Below are positions 54,287 through 64,000 of a stretch of 64,000 bases of DNA, one piece after another. The DNA is taken from the NCBI GenBank assembly GCA_000004695.1, contig CM000150.2, positions 864,001 to 928,000 of the forward strand, written 5' to 3'. The position numbers and the translations under genes were made by a program. Positions within the stretch are counted from its first letter, which is position 1, and each line of letters opens with the position of its first letter. Source of the DNA: Dictyostelium discoideum. Lineage: Eukaryota. The notes below the pieces were generated by a model, which saw nothing but the letters and a program-made list of their open reading frames with translations, had not been told where the DNA came from and ran no database searches.

Positions 54287-54553
54287 TTGAATATTATTTA
54301 ATAATTTTATTCTATCTGAAACTTCTTTTCTAATTATCATTTTTAAAATTTTTGAAGTTGATTCTGGATTATTTACTAAAGATTTAAATGATGGAGATAT
54401 ATCGTTGTACCTTTTCTTTAATAGTTGAGTAACCTTGAGGGCAATATAATCTGAATCTAATGATTCAAATATTTGATTATTTAACCAAAAATATTCATTT
54501 TGATATTGAGGTCCAGTGATGTAAATTAATTTTGATGTATCATTTACTGTCAT
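50771..54553 (-). CDS. Paralogue-family member H (1260 aa, single exon), divergent: N-terminal domain, CNCELCTVGPL module and a degenerate HPKYFQTGLPVFQQRGYWKLN module, then very long poly-N/Q/PK-repeat regions. No clear C3H knuckle or C-terminal module.
   Basis: MTVNDTSKLIYITGPQYQNEYFWLNNQIFESLD... followed by CNCELCTVGPLSEII...LKIVLSIV and HPKYFQTGLPVFQQRGYWKLNSSDIDL. Confidence 0.65.
53034..53160 (-). repeat. (CAA/CAG)n tract encoding poly-Gln in gene H (gtt repeats on the plus strand)
   Basis: Uninterrupted gtt(g) repeats. Confidence 0.85.
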
Positions 54554-55318
54554 TTTCGTTTTTCGTTTTTTTTTTTTTCACCAATTTTTTGTTTTTTTTT
54601 TTCTTTTTTTTTTTTTTTCTAAAAATACCGATTTGTTTTTAAAAATTTTTAAAATACAAATTTAGATAAAAAAAAAAGTATTCTACTCTTTTCTTTTTTT
54701 TTTCTTTTTTTTTTTTTATTAATGAATTGCGATTTTAAATTTGTAGGTGTGAACGGTAAGTTGTTTGAAAATAAAAAAAACTTTTTTTTTTAAAAAAAAA
54801 AATCAAAAAATATCTTAAATTATTTTTTTGTATTTTTTTTTTTGAAAAAAAAAAGATATTTTTTTTTGGGTAGCGGGAGTCGAAAGAAAAAAAGATAAAA
54901 AAAAAGCAAAAGCAACGAAATTCCGTGGCTTTATATGGGACCCAAAACAGATTTGTTTTGTTTTTTTTTTTTTTTTTAATAATTAATATTATTATTTTTT
55001 TTTTTTTTTTTTTTTTTAAAACTTCAAGAATCTTTAATGGGATAATTATCCTAAAAATAAAAATTGTAAACTGTTTTTTTTTTTTTTTTTTTCTTTGAAT
55101 TAAATTTTTTTTTTTATGTTCATAATTATCTGTGTCTTTAAAAAAATAAAATAAAAAAAATAAAAAATCTGTTAAAAAATTTATCCATACCCTTTATTAA
55201 ATATTTTTATCAACAAACTTCTCTTTTAAAATAGATAATAGGTAAAAAAAATTAATTAAATTATTGATAATTTTAAATTATTTTTTAAAAAATGAATGAT
55301 GAGATTATCTCATCAATA

Positions 55319-55360
<42 letters not shown>

Positions 55361-55583
55361 ATTAAATTATTTATTTTATTAATTTGTTTTAATGAGTTTA
55401 AACTAAAAAAAATTGAATTGAATTAATTAAAATATATATTTTTTTTTTTAATTGCACACCATTTTATTTTGACATTTAATTAAATAAAACTTAAATCGAT
55501 AAAAAAAAAAAAAAAAAGATATGAATAGATAATTATCCAAAGAATAATATTTATTTTTTATTATTTTTATTATTTATTTATTT

Positions 55584-56681
55584 TTAATTAATTAAATCAT
55601 AAGCTAAATCTAGAGTAAATTGACCAGTTTTTAAATTTTTTCTTCTAGCTACTCTAATATTAGGTAATAATTGTTTTGCATTAAAATTCAAATAAAATGA
55701 TAAAATACCTTCATCGAGTAAATGGCATAAAACTATTGGATATTGAATTTCTTCAGAAAAAGATCTAATAGATGGAGAGAAGCCGGATTTACTTACTATT
55801 ATACCCAATGTTGATTTTTTATCTTGTTTTAGTAATTTTGAATTTTCTTTATCCAATTCCGATTGATATCTTAAAAATGTTGATTCAAATTCTCTTATCA
55901 CTGAAGGACCCACCTTTTTACCACTATAATTTTTACATTGACCAATTATTTTTAAAATTTTATTTGAAGGAAGGTTCCAATTACCTTTAAAATCAATACC
56001 TTTATCATCTCTGCCACCTGATCTAATAATTTCCATACCAAATTCATTTAAAATTTCAATAGTTTTTAATTCATATATTTTCCCTTTTGAATATGTTGAT
56101 GAAACTATTTCATTTTCAATTTCCGTTATATCATTACTAAAATCTTCATTATCACCCTCATCACCCCTATCATCATCTTGATTGGTAAAGTCATTATTAA
56201 CATCATCTTTTTTTACATTTTTATCATTTTTTTGTTTTTCTATGTTTATTTCTATTTTCTTAACTCTTAATAATTTAATTTTTGGTTTTTCTTCTCCCTC
56301 CTCTTCTTCTTCCTCTTCTTCCTCTTGTTGTTCTTCTTCTTTTTTATTTTCTATATTTACAATTTTTTCTTCTACTTCTTCATTATTTAAATCTTGTTGA
56401 ATTTCTTTTAATAATTCTAAATCTTTTTTATTATTTTTTAAAATTTCTTTTTTATCAATTTCTTCATCAAATTTTAAATCAAACCAATTTTTTGTTCTCC
56501 AACATTGATCATCTTTAATTTTTTGTAATGTTACTTTTAAGTGATTTCCTTCATTTTTTGATTTATCAATTTTTAATTGATCATTTTCATTAAAATTATC
56601 TGTTGTTATGGAAATTATATTTTTTCTTTTAAATGACCTAAATTTATTATAATATTTATTAAATTTTGTTATTCTAAACAT
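55584..56681 (-). CDS. Mrr-like (PD-(D/E)xK) restriction-endonuclease-fold domain protein, resembling yeast mitochondrial RRG7-type proteins. Acidic N-terminal half.
   Basis: The C-terminal block is EIIRSGGRDDKGIDFKGNW...KIIGQCKNYSGKKVGPSVIREF...LGIIVSKSGFS. The D...(D/E)xK core with GIDF and QCK matches the Mrr catalytic-domain pattern. Confidence 0.5.
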   Translation of the reverse strand: MFRITKFNKYYNKFRSFKRKNIISITTDNFNENDQLKIDKSKNEGNHLKVTLQKIKDDQCWRTKNWFDLKFDEEIDKKEILKNNKKDLELLKEIQQDLNNEEVEEKIVNIENKKEEEQQEEEEEEEEEGEEKPKIKLLRVKKIEINIEKQKNDKNVKKDDVNNDFTNQDDDRGDEGDNEDFSNDITEIENEIVSSTYSKGKIYELKTIEILNEFGMEIIRSGGRDDKGIDFKGNWNLPSNKILKIIGQCKNYSGKKVGPSVIREFESTFLRYQSELDKENSKLLKQDKKSTLGIIVSKSGFSPSIRSFSEEIQYPIVLCHLLDEGILSFYLNFNAKQLLPNIRVARRKNLKTGQFTLDLAYDLIN

Positions 56682-56775
56682 TCTTTTTTTTTTATTTATT
56701 TATTTTTTTTTTTTTTTTTTTTAAATTAAAAATCACAAAAAAAAAAAAAAATTAAAAAACGACCCAAAATTTAAT

Positions 56776-56816
<41 letters not shown>

Positions 56817-56877
56817 CGTTTTTTAGATTTACCATTTTATAACCACCCCCCAATAACAATAATAAATAAAATTAAAA

Positions 56878-58078
56878 ATGTCAAATAAAGTTGGAAATAG
56901 TAAAAATAATAAAAATAAATCAATTAAATTTGCACCAAAACATAAAGATAAATCATATGATAATGAGGACTTTAATGCTGTAAGTAAAAAGTCATCAATA
57001 TCAGTTAGTGATTTACCAACTAAAGGTGAAGAGAAACACAGAATCATGGCATTATCATTTCCAATTAAATTATCAATGTGGGATTTTGGTCAATGTGATA
57101 GTAAAAAATGTACTGGTAGAAAATTAGAAAGATTAGGTTATGTTAAATCAATTAATTTAACTCATAAATTTAAAGGAATTGTCTTAACGTAATTATTATT
57201 ATTGCTTATTATTGTATTATTGTATTATTTTTATTATTATTATTATTATTGTATTATTTATTTATTATTTATTATTTTAATATATATTTAGACCATCAGC
57301 AAAACAATCAATTTCACCAGCAGATAGAGATATTGTTCAAAATTTAGGTGTTTCAGTTGTAGATTGTTCATGGGCAAAAGTTGATTCAATTCCATTTGGA
57401 AAGATGAAAGGTGGACATGATAGATTATTACCATTTTTAATTGCAGCTAATCCAGTTAACTATGGTAAACCATTTAAATTAACATGTGTTGAAGCAGTTG
57501 CAGCTTGTTTATTTATCACTGGTTTTACAGCAGAAGGTCATCAAGTTTTAGGTGGTTTTAAATGGGGTTCATCATTTTACAAAGTTAATAAAGATCTCTT
57601 TGAAAAATATATACTTTGTGCAAATAGTCAAGAAGTTGTTCAAATTCAAAATGAATTCATTGCAAAATGTGAACAAGATCAAAAAGATAGAGCTGCAAAT
57701 ATTGAATATGATGAATTTGGTTTACAATTAAATCCAAATAGAATTTTAAGAACTAATAATGATGATGATGAAGAAAATGGTGATGAAGATTATTGTGATG
57801 ATGATGATGAAGATGAGGATGAAGAAGATGAAGAAGAAGATCATGAATGTGATAGTGAATGTGATCATGATGAGGAGGAAGAAGAAGATAATGATGAAGA
57901 AAATGATGAAGAAGAGGAAGATGGAGAGGATGATGATGATGACGAAGAAAGTGAAGAAGAAGAAGAGGTTGATGAAGAAGAAGAAAAAAGACAATATAGA
58001 TTAAAAAAAGAATTACAAAAGAAAAAAGCGGAAGAAAAGAAATTACAAAAACAAATGGGAAAATTAAATTTAAAATAA
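56878..58078 (+). CDS. tsr3: Ribosome biogenesis protein TSR3 (18S rRNA aminocarboxypropyltransferase) with an acidic C-terminal tail. Two exons: 56878..57188 and 57292..58078.
   Basis: Exon 1 is ...[24 protein letters not shown]...GIVLT followed by GTAATT (57189). The acceptor tatatatttAG at 57290/57291 (phase 2→1) continues [31 protein letters not shown]...[23 protein letters not shown]..., the canonical TSR3/DUF367 core. Confidence 0.8.
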
Positions 58079-58135
58079 ATAAATAAAGCCATTTTTATTT
58101 TATTATTCATATTTGTATTTTTTATTTTTTTATTC

Positions 58136-59750
58136 TTAAGACCAAACATCTAAGATATATCTTTTTTCTTTTATCCAATTTGTAAATATATCAGTTGCTT
58201 GTTTTTCATCACAATTTAATTCTTGTTTTACAATATCAATAAAACTATTTCTAACACCAACAGCCATACCTTTTGCATCACCACAAATGTAAATGAAAGC
58301 ATTTTGATTTACAACCATATCGAAAAGTTGTTTTGAATGTTCAATCATTTTCTCTTGAACATATCCACATGTTGGTTCAACAATTGCAGTGTTGTTATTA
58401 TTTTCAGTATCTAATTCTCTACTAAATGCAGTGATTAATTTTGTTAATGTATTATCCTTTAACATTGATTCTAAAGTATCTTTGTAAAGGAAATCTCTCT
58501 TTTCACTTCTACATCCAAAGAATAACCAAGTATTTGGATTTGGAGTAGTAGTAGTGGAGGTAGTCTTTGAAAGATGTTGTAAAAATCCAATAAATGGTGC
58601 AACACCAGTACCTGGACCAATCATAATGATTGGTCTATTTAATTGATCAACTGGTGGTAAATGGAAATGTGGTGATGGTTTTAAAATGAATGGAATTCGA
58701 ATTTCATTTGAATCATTAATATTTAAATCATTTAATGAATTTTCAAGATTTGATGATGGTGATGATGATAATTTATTATTTTGAATACCAGTTTTCTCTA
58801 ACCAAGATGTACAATGACCTAAAATTCTTTGAGATGGTGTACTTGATAATTTAAAATCTACAACACTGAAAACAAATGATAAGGTTCCTTTCTCCATTGA
58901 AAGTGGTGATGAACTAATACTATAGTCTCTTGGTGCTAATGGATTTATCAATTCTAATAAATGATTAAATGGTGGATTTGATGATTTATATTTATCTAAT
59001 AAACATAATAATGTAACTCTATTATTAATCATTTGTGCATATTCTTCTTTACCCTCAATTGATGATAATTTATTTAATTCCAACTTATCATTTGAATCAC
59101 TTGAATTTTCTGATAAAAGTTTTAATAATTTTTTAGATGGTATACCTGTAATATCAACTAAATCTCTTAATACATTATAAATTGTACTTGATTTATTATT
59201 AAAATTTTCATTTACTTTTTTTAAATGATTTGGTAATTCTAAAAAAAAAAAAAAAAAAAAGTTAAACATTTTTATTTTTTCTTTTAAATAATAAATTTAA
59301 ATAATAATAATAATAATTACCAAAAGTTTTATCAATTGATTCAATTTTAATTAATTTATTTTCATCTAATGATAATCTTTTAATTAATGATATTACATGA
59401 TTATGAGTATTTGGTGCAAAAACTGAAATGTAATCACCTGGTTGATAAGATAATTCTGTATTTCCAAGATTTAAAGTCATTTCAATAACTCTTTTAATAT
59501 CAATGGTTGATTCTTGATCTACAATTGTCATATATTTTGCAGATTCAATTGTTGCCATTTGATTTACACATAATGAAGATCCACATTTGATTGAGGTACT
59601 GCAACTACTATCATTATCAACAAATTCTACTTTGATTTTACATGGTGGTAATTCATTGGATGAACTACTACCAGCTGCTCTCTTTAAAACAATCTTTTTT
59701 TTTGGTGCAGCAACAGGTTCTGTCATTATTTGAAAGTTGAAATTTAACAA
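58136..59750 (-). CDS. FAD/NAD(P)H-binding oxidoreductase of the cytochrome-P450-reductase / diflavin-reductase C-terminal type, with no FMN (flavodoxin) domain in the window. Two exons: 59750..59321 and 59238..58136.
   Basis: The donor TTTTG|GTAATT at 59320 and the (T)20-AG acceptor at 59240/59239 are in phase 1 and join ORFs 59262..59750 and 58136..59269. Motifs are YQPGDYISVFAPN, RDYSISSSP, GPGTGVAPFIGFLQH, WLFFGCRSEKRDFLYKD, ICGDAKGMAVGV and the terminal RYILDVWS. Confidence 0.7.
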
Positions 59751-60215
59751 ATATCGTTTTTTTTTTTTTTTTTTTTTTCAACTAAAATTTTTTTATTTTT
59801 TTATTTTTTTTTTTTCTTATAAAAATCAAAAACTAATTTTGTTGTCAACATTTGCAGAACCACAGAACTTTTTTTTTTGGATTAGTCAATTATCTATTTT
59901 TTTTTTTAAAAAAAAACATAAAAATAAAAAAATCATCAAAAAAATATTAAAAATAAATACATAAGTGTTGATCACACCAGGATTAATTTTGTTTTTAATT
60001 TAAAAATTTTTTTTTTTTTTTTTTTTAATTTATTTATCTAGTTTATTAAAAATACTTCTAGGAAATGATTAAAATACATATATATTTAAAATTATTAATA
60101 ATTATCTCATATTTTCCATGGAAAAAAATAAATAAATAAAAAAAATTTATTTACAGAAATGTGGAAATAAAATAACAACTATCTATTTTTAAAAAAAGAG
60201 ATTTTTATTAAATTT

Positions 60216-60521
60216 TCAATTTGTGGTATTGGAAAAAGATGATATATTTAATGTTCTATGTGCAAGATTATTAAGACTATCAAAAGTATCATTTTTTCTA
60301 TCATAGTTATAACTGGTGTTGTTAGTGGTGGTGGTGTTGTTATTGTTTAATTTATTATAATTATTACAATAAAATTGATGATTGGTGTTGTAATTAAATG
60401 ATTCATGAGTTGGTGTTAACAAATTCTTTCTTCTTTCAATTTCTTCAACATAATCATTTTGTACTTGTTGCTTTATAATTGATATACTTGGTAGAATTGT
60501 ATTATTATTATTATTATTATA

Positions 60522-60575
<54 letters not shown>

Positions 60576-60618
60576 GGTAATTATTCCATTATCTTGATTA
60601 TAATAATTATTGTTATTA

Positions 60619-60653
<35 letters not shown>

Positions 60654-61784
60654 ATTACTATTGTTATTATCATGACTATAATTATTATTGTTGTTATTAT
60701 TGTTATTATTATTATTATCATAAATAATACTATTATTATTGGGATTTGTATTTAAGTTGTCTAATTGTGTCAACTTATTTTGTTTTCTTTTATTTAAAAT
60801 AGTTTGGACAGGAGGTTCTTCAATTTGATCATTTTTTTTATGATAACTACATGGAATTGAGAAACCACATCTACTACCTCTTAAGGTTAATTTTCCACAT
60901 TTTTGAACATTTGATCTTTTTCTTTTACCTTTTTCAGCTTCATCAATTATTTCACAATCAGAATTTTCATCATCTTTTTTATTTATATACAAATCTTCAT
61001 TTGAATCATAAAAAATTTCTTTACAATCTGTTGAATTATTATAAATATCATAATTTTGGTTTAATGATTGAAGGAAAACTTTTAAATTTAAAGAATAATA
61101 ACCACGTCTAAAATTATGGAAACCAGTTTTAAATAGTTTATTTCTATTTTTTATTAAATAGGTAACATGTGATACACTATTTGTAAAAGATTCACCAACT
61201 TTTAAAATATCATTATGATCTAATAGATAATGATAGATTTCATTGGAATGGAAATAATTTAAAGATTCTTTTGGTTTAAATATTACATTTGAATTTGGAA
61301 TTTGTAAAAAAAGTTGAAGCTCAATAGAATGTTCTTGAATTTTTATTAAATTTAAAAAAATTAATTTTAATGTTTCAATGAATGTAACTGATTCTTGTGA
61401 TGATTTAATAGTAAATGGTTGTTGTGGTTGTGGTTGTGGTGGTTGTTGATGATGGTGATGATATTTTTCAAGTATTTCATTATGATAGTTTAATTGATTT
61501 TGTTGAAGTATTAATAAATTTGAATTTATAATTGAATTATTTGTGAATTTCAATTCTGGTGAACATAAGTAACATTTACAAAAATCAATGGTTTTTACAT
61601 TGGCTCTAAAGATTTCTTTTAATCTAATCATTGCTTCTTCCCTTGATAAATAATGATGATTGGTATTGGCATATCCTAATTCTTTAATTATGTCTTTAAT
61701 TTCATCACGACTAAAAGTATCAATTACTACACTTGAAAATGTAAAAACTTCTTTTCCAGTTGATTTAATTTTGTAAATTTCCAT

Positions 61785-61787
<3 letters not shown>
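60216..61787 (-). CDS. Paralogue-family member I (523 aa): N-terminal domain (MMEIYKIKSTGKEVFTFSSVVIDTFSRDEI), CKCYLCSPELK, degenerate NRNKLFKTGFHNFRRGYYSL and CGKLTLRGSRCGFSIPCSYHKK knuckle. No C-terminal module.
   Basis: Single ORF. I found no downstream exon encoding the C-terminal module within 250 bp. Confidence 0.6.
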
Positions 61788-61821
<34 letters not shown>

Positions 61822-62222
61822 TGACAATGGATTATTTATTTAAAGAATAATTTTATTTATTTGGTTGAGGATTAAAAAAAAATTAAAAAAAAAATTAAAA
61901 AAAGGAAAAAAAAAAAAAAAAAAAATTTTTATTGTTTGTTTGTTTTTTTTTTTTGTTTTTAATTTAAAAAATAAAAAAAAAAATAATTGTTTGTAATGAA
62001 TAATGATGGGGTTAAATTCATTTTTTTGTGTGTATGAAAATGATGGGGGTGAATTAACCCATTTAAAAAAAAAAAAAATAAAAAATAAAAATAAAATAAA
62101 AAAAATAAAAGTATAAAAATAAAATAAAAAAAAAAAAACAACAAAACTTGAAATGAAAACAACAAAAAAATTAATAAAACACAAAAAATTAAAATTTTAC
62201 AAATAATTAAATAATTAAATAA

Positions 62223-62264
<42 letters not shown>

Positions 62265-62679
62265 AAATAAATAAATAAATAAAAAAATTAATAAATAAAT
62301 AAATAAATAAATATATAAATAAAATAAAAAATTAAAAAAATTTATTATAAAAAAAAAACAAAATAAAAAAAAAATATATATTTATTATAATAAAATATAG
62401 ATAATTAAAAAAAGCGCATGTTAGAATCTTTTATCGCGCCCAAAAAAAAAAAAAAAAATTAAAATTATTTTTTTTTTTTTTTTTTTTTTTTTGTTTTGGA
62501 AAATTATTTTTTTTTTATATTTTCAAAACTTCAAAACAATATATTATAAAACAAATAAAATAAAAAATATATTTATTTATAATTTAATAATAATGAAATT
62601 TTAAAAAAAAAAAAACAATAAAGATAAACAAAAAAAAAATAAAAAAGCAAATAATAAAAAAATAATAAACACAAAAAAA

Positions 62680-62733
<54 letters not shown>

Positions 62734-62751
62734 TAAATTATTATAAATAAA

Positions 62752-64000
62752 ATGATAAACTTAAGTATTTTACAGATTTACAATATTTCAGGACAAACAG
62801 TTTATAAAGTTAATGGAAAATGGATAGAAATAATGTCATTAGAACAATTGAAAGATGTAGTGAATCAATTGAATATTAGAAAGGAAAATGATGATAATGA
62901 TGATGATAATGATGATAATGATATAATCAATAGCTTTACAAGTCAAAACCAATTATTAGATTATATAATCAAAGAATTGGCAAAGAAAAAAGTAGTTCTT
63001 TTGAAACCTTATGAAGCATGCGACTGTTTATTATGTCAGAGTAGACCCAACTCCTTACCCTATATTGATACCTCTCAAAATTGGATAGAAAGAGTTAGAA
63101 TCATTCTATACTCAATGACAGATCACAGATTGAAATTACATCGTCAACATTTACAACAACAAAAACAAGAAGAAAAAGAATCGTCGTCATCATCGTCATC
63201 GTCACAAGCAAAAATAGAATCAGAAGAAAGTATTTTAAATAATGGTATTGCTACCAAAGATATTTATAAGTATATGGAACTTCATAATAGTATATTGGGT
63301 TTAGATATACAATATCAAAGTTATTGGAGAAAGTATGTACCAGAGAGAATAAAAAATAGAAAATACTTTGAAAAAGGTATCCTCACTGGTCATTATAAAC
63401 TAATAAATCCAAACGATAACCCATGGGATTCTAATTATGTATCAGCTGTCCCAATTCCTTCAAATTTTTATATATCACCACCTTTTCAACCTATTGATAG
63501 CGATCTTTATGATAATGGGATTTCAAAAAATACAACCTCATCATCATCTACATCTACATCATCAACAAACTCAATACCACCACCATCTTCTTCTTCTTCA
63601 TCATCGTCCTCTACAAGTAAAAAAATTAAAACAACAAATGAAAATAGTTTTTTATCAGAATCAGTACCATATTTTAATTATAGTGGTCCAAGTAATATTC
63701 ATCCATCTAAAAACAGTGATAAAATTAATGAATCTAATAATGGTAAAAAACTGTGTGGTGCACTTAGATCAAAAGGTGGTACATGTACAATACCATTTGA
63801 TAAATGTAGATATCACAATCAAGAAGTAATCAAAAGATTAGAGGAACGTAAAAAACAAAAAGAGGAAAATTCAAATAAATTTGGTTCTGGAAAAAAAAGA
63901 AAAAAGTCAAAATACAATAGTGAGAGTGAATCAGAAAGTGATAGTGAGAGAGATAGTGATATTGATTTCGATGACCATCACAATGAGCATAAAAAAAGTA
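62752..64000 (+). CDS. Paralogue-family member J, 3'-partial (runs off the window): N-terminal domain (LQIYNISGQTVYKVNGKWIEIMSLEQL), CDCLLCQSRPNSLP...RVRIILYSM, KYFEKGILTGHYKLINPNDNPW, CGALRSKGGTCTIPFDKCRYHN
   Basis: This gene is not in the supplied ORF track because it has no stop inside the window. I translated it manually from ATG 62752 and found it open to position 64000. The 63437..63829 track ORF is an out-of-frame artefact over this gene. Confidence 0.7.
   Translation, partial: MINLSILQIYNISGQTVYKVNGKWIEIMSLEQLKDVVNQLNIRKENDDNDDDNDDNDIINSFTSQNQLLDYIIKELAKKKVVLLKPYEACDCLLCQSRPNSLPYIDTSQNWIERVRIILYSMTDHRLKLHRQHLQQQKQEEKESSSSSSSSQAKIESEESILNNGIATKDIYKYMELHNSILGLDIQYQSYWRKYVPERIKNRKYFEKGILTGHYKLINPNDNPWDSNYVSAVPIPSNFYISPPFQPIDSDLYDNGISKNTTSSSSTSTSSTNSIPPPSSSSSSSSSTSKKIKTTNENSFLSESVPYFNYSGPSNIHPSKNSDKINESNNGKKLCGALRSKGGTCTIPFDKCRYHNQEVIKRLEERKKQKEENSNKFGSGKKRKKSKYNSESESESDSERDSDIDFDDHHNEHKKS

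Noticed and set aside
63437-63829. Track ORF 63437..63829 (+)
   Set aside because: It is out of frame with the clearly conserved open frame of family member J, which has no stop in the window and was therefore missed by the track.

Overview
This window is eukaryotic nuclear DNA with the hallmarks of a dictyostelid social amoeba (Dictyostelium discoideum-like). Intergenic regions are about 80% A+T with long poly(A)/poly(T) runs, and exons are slightly more GC-rich. Introns are short and AT-rich with GTAAGT-type donors and (T)n-AG acceptors. Coding regions are full of (AAT)n/(CAA)n/(GAA)n microsatellites that encode poly-N, poly-Q and poly-E/D tracts. I can support about 22 protein-coding genes, several with introns that I reconstructed by hand from the sequence. 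I found no rRNA, no convincing tRNA, no CRISPR array and no recognisable transposon.

Recognisable genes are:
- a 5'-partial CWC22 spliceosome-factor homologue (MIF4G/MA3)
- a patatin-like phospholipase
- a three-exon, four-EF-hand calcium-binding protein
- a secreted/transmembrane LRR + IPT/TIG + EGF protein
- a RhoGEF (DH-PH) protein
- TSR3 (two exons)
- an Mrr/RRG7-like PD-(D/E)xK nuclease-domain protein
- a two-exon FAD/NADPH oxidoreductase

The main result is a cluster of at least ten paralogues of an apparently lineage-specific modular protein family. The family is built from four conserved modules: an N-terminal 'I+IY.IG....W.NG.P..SL' domain, a CxCxLC(..G.P)...PTTPS module, an 'H..FKSGK...G.GYW.L.D...PW' module with a downstream 'CGA.T..G..C......C.FH' C3H knuckle, and a C-terminal 'F.F..II.R...L....SKEYVRF..LK ... 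FW ... F..L ... RY+.TL.LY.K+F' module. Members sit at about 10.1, 13.2, 17.6, 25.6, 35.1, 39.4, 44.3(-), 54.5(-), 61.8(-) and 62.7 kb and are interleaved with unrelated housekeeping genes. There are gene-specific domain losses, an internal cassette duplication, a fusion to tandem Tudor/Agenet-like domains, and conserved intron positions.
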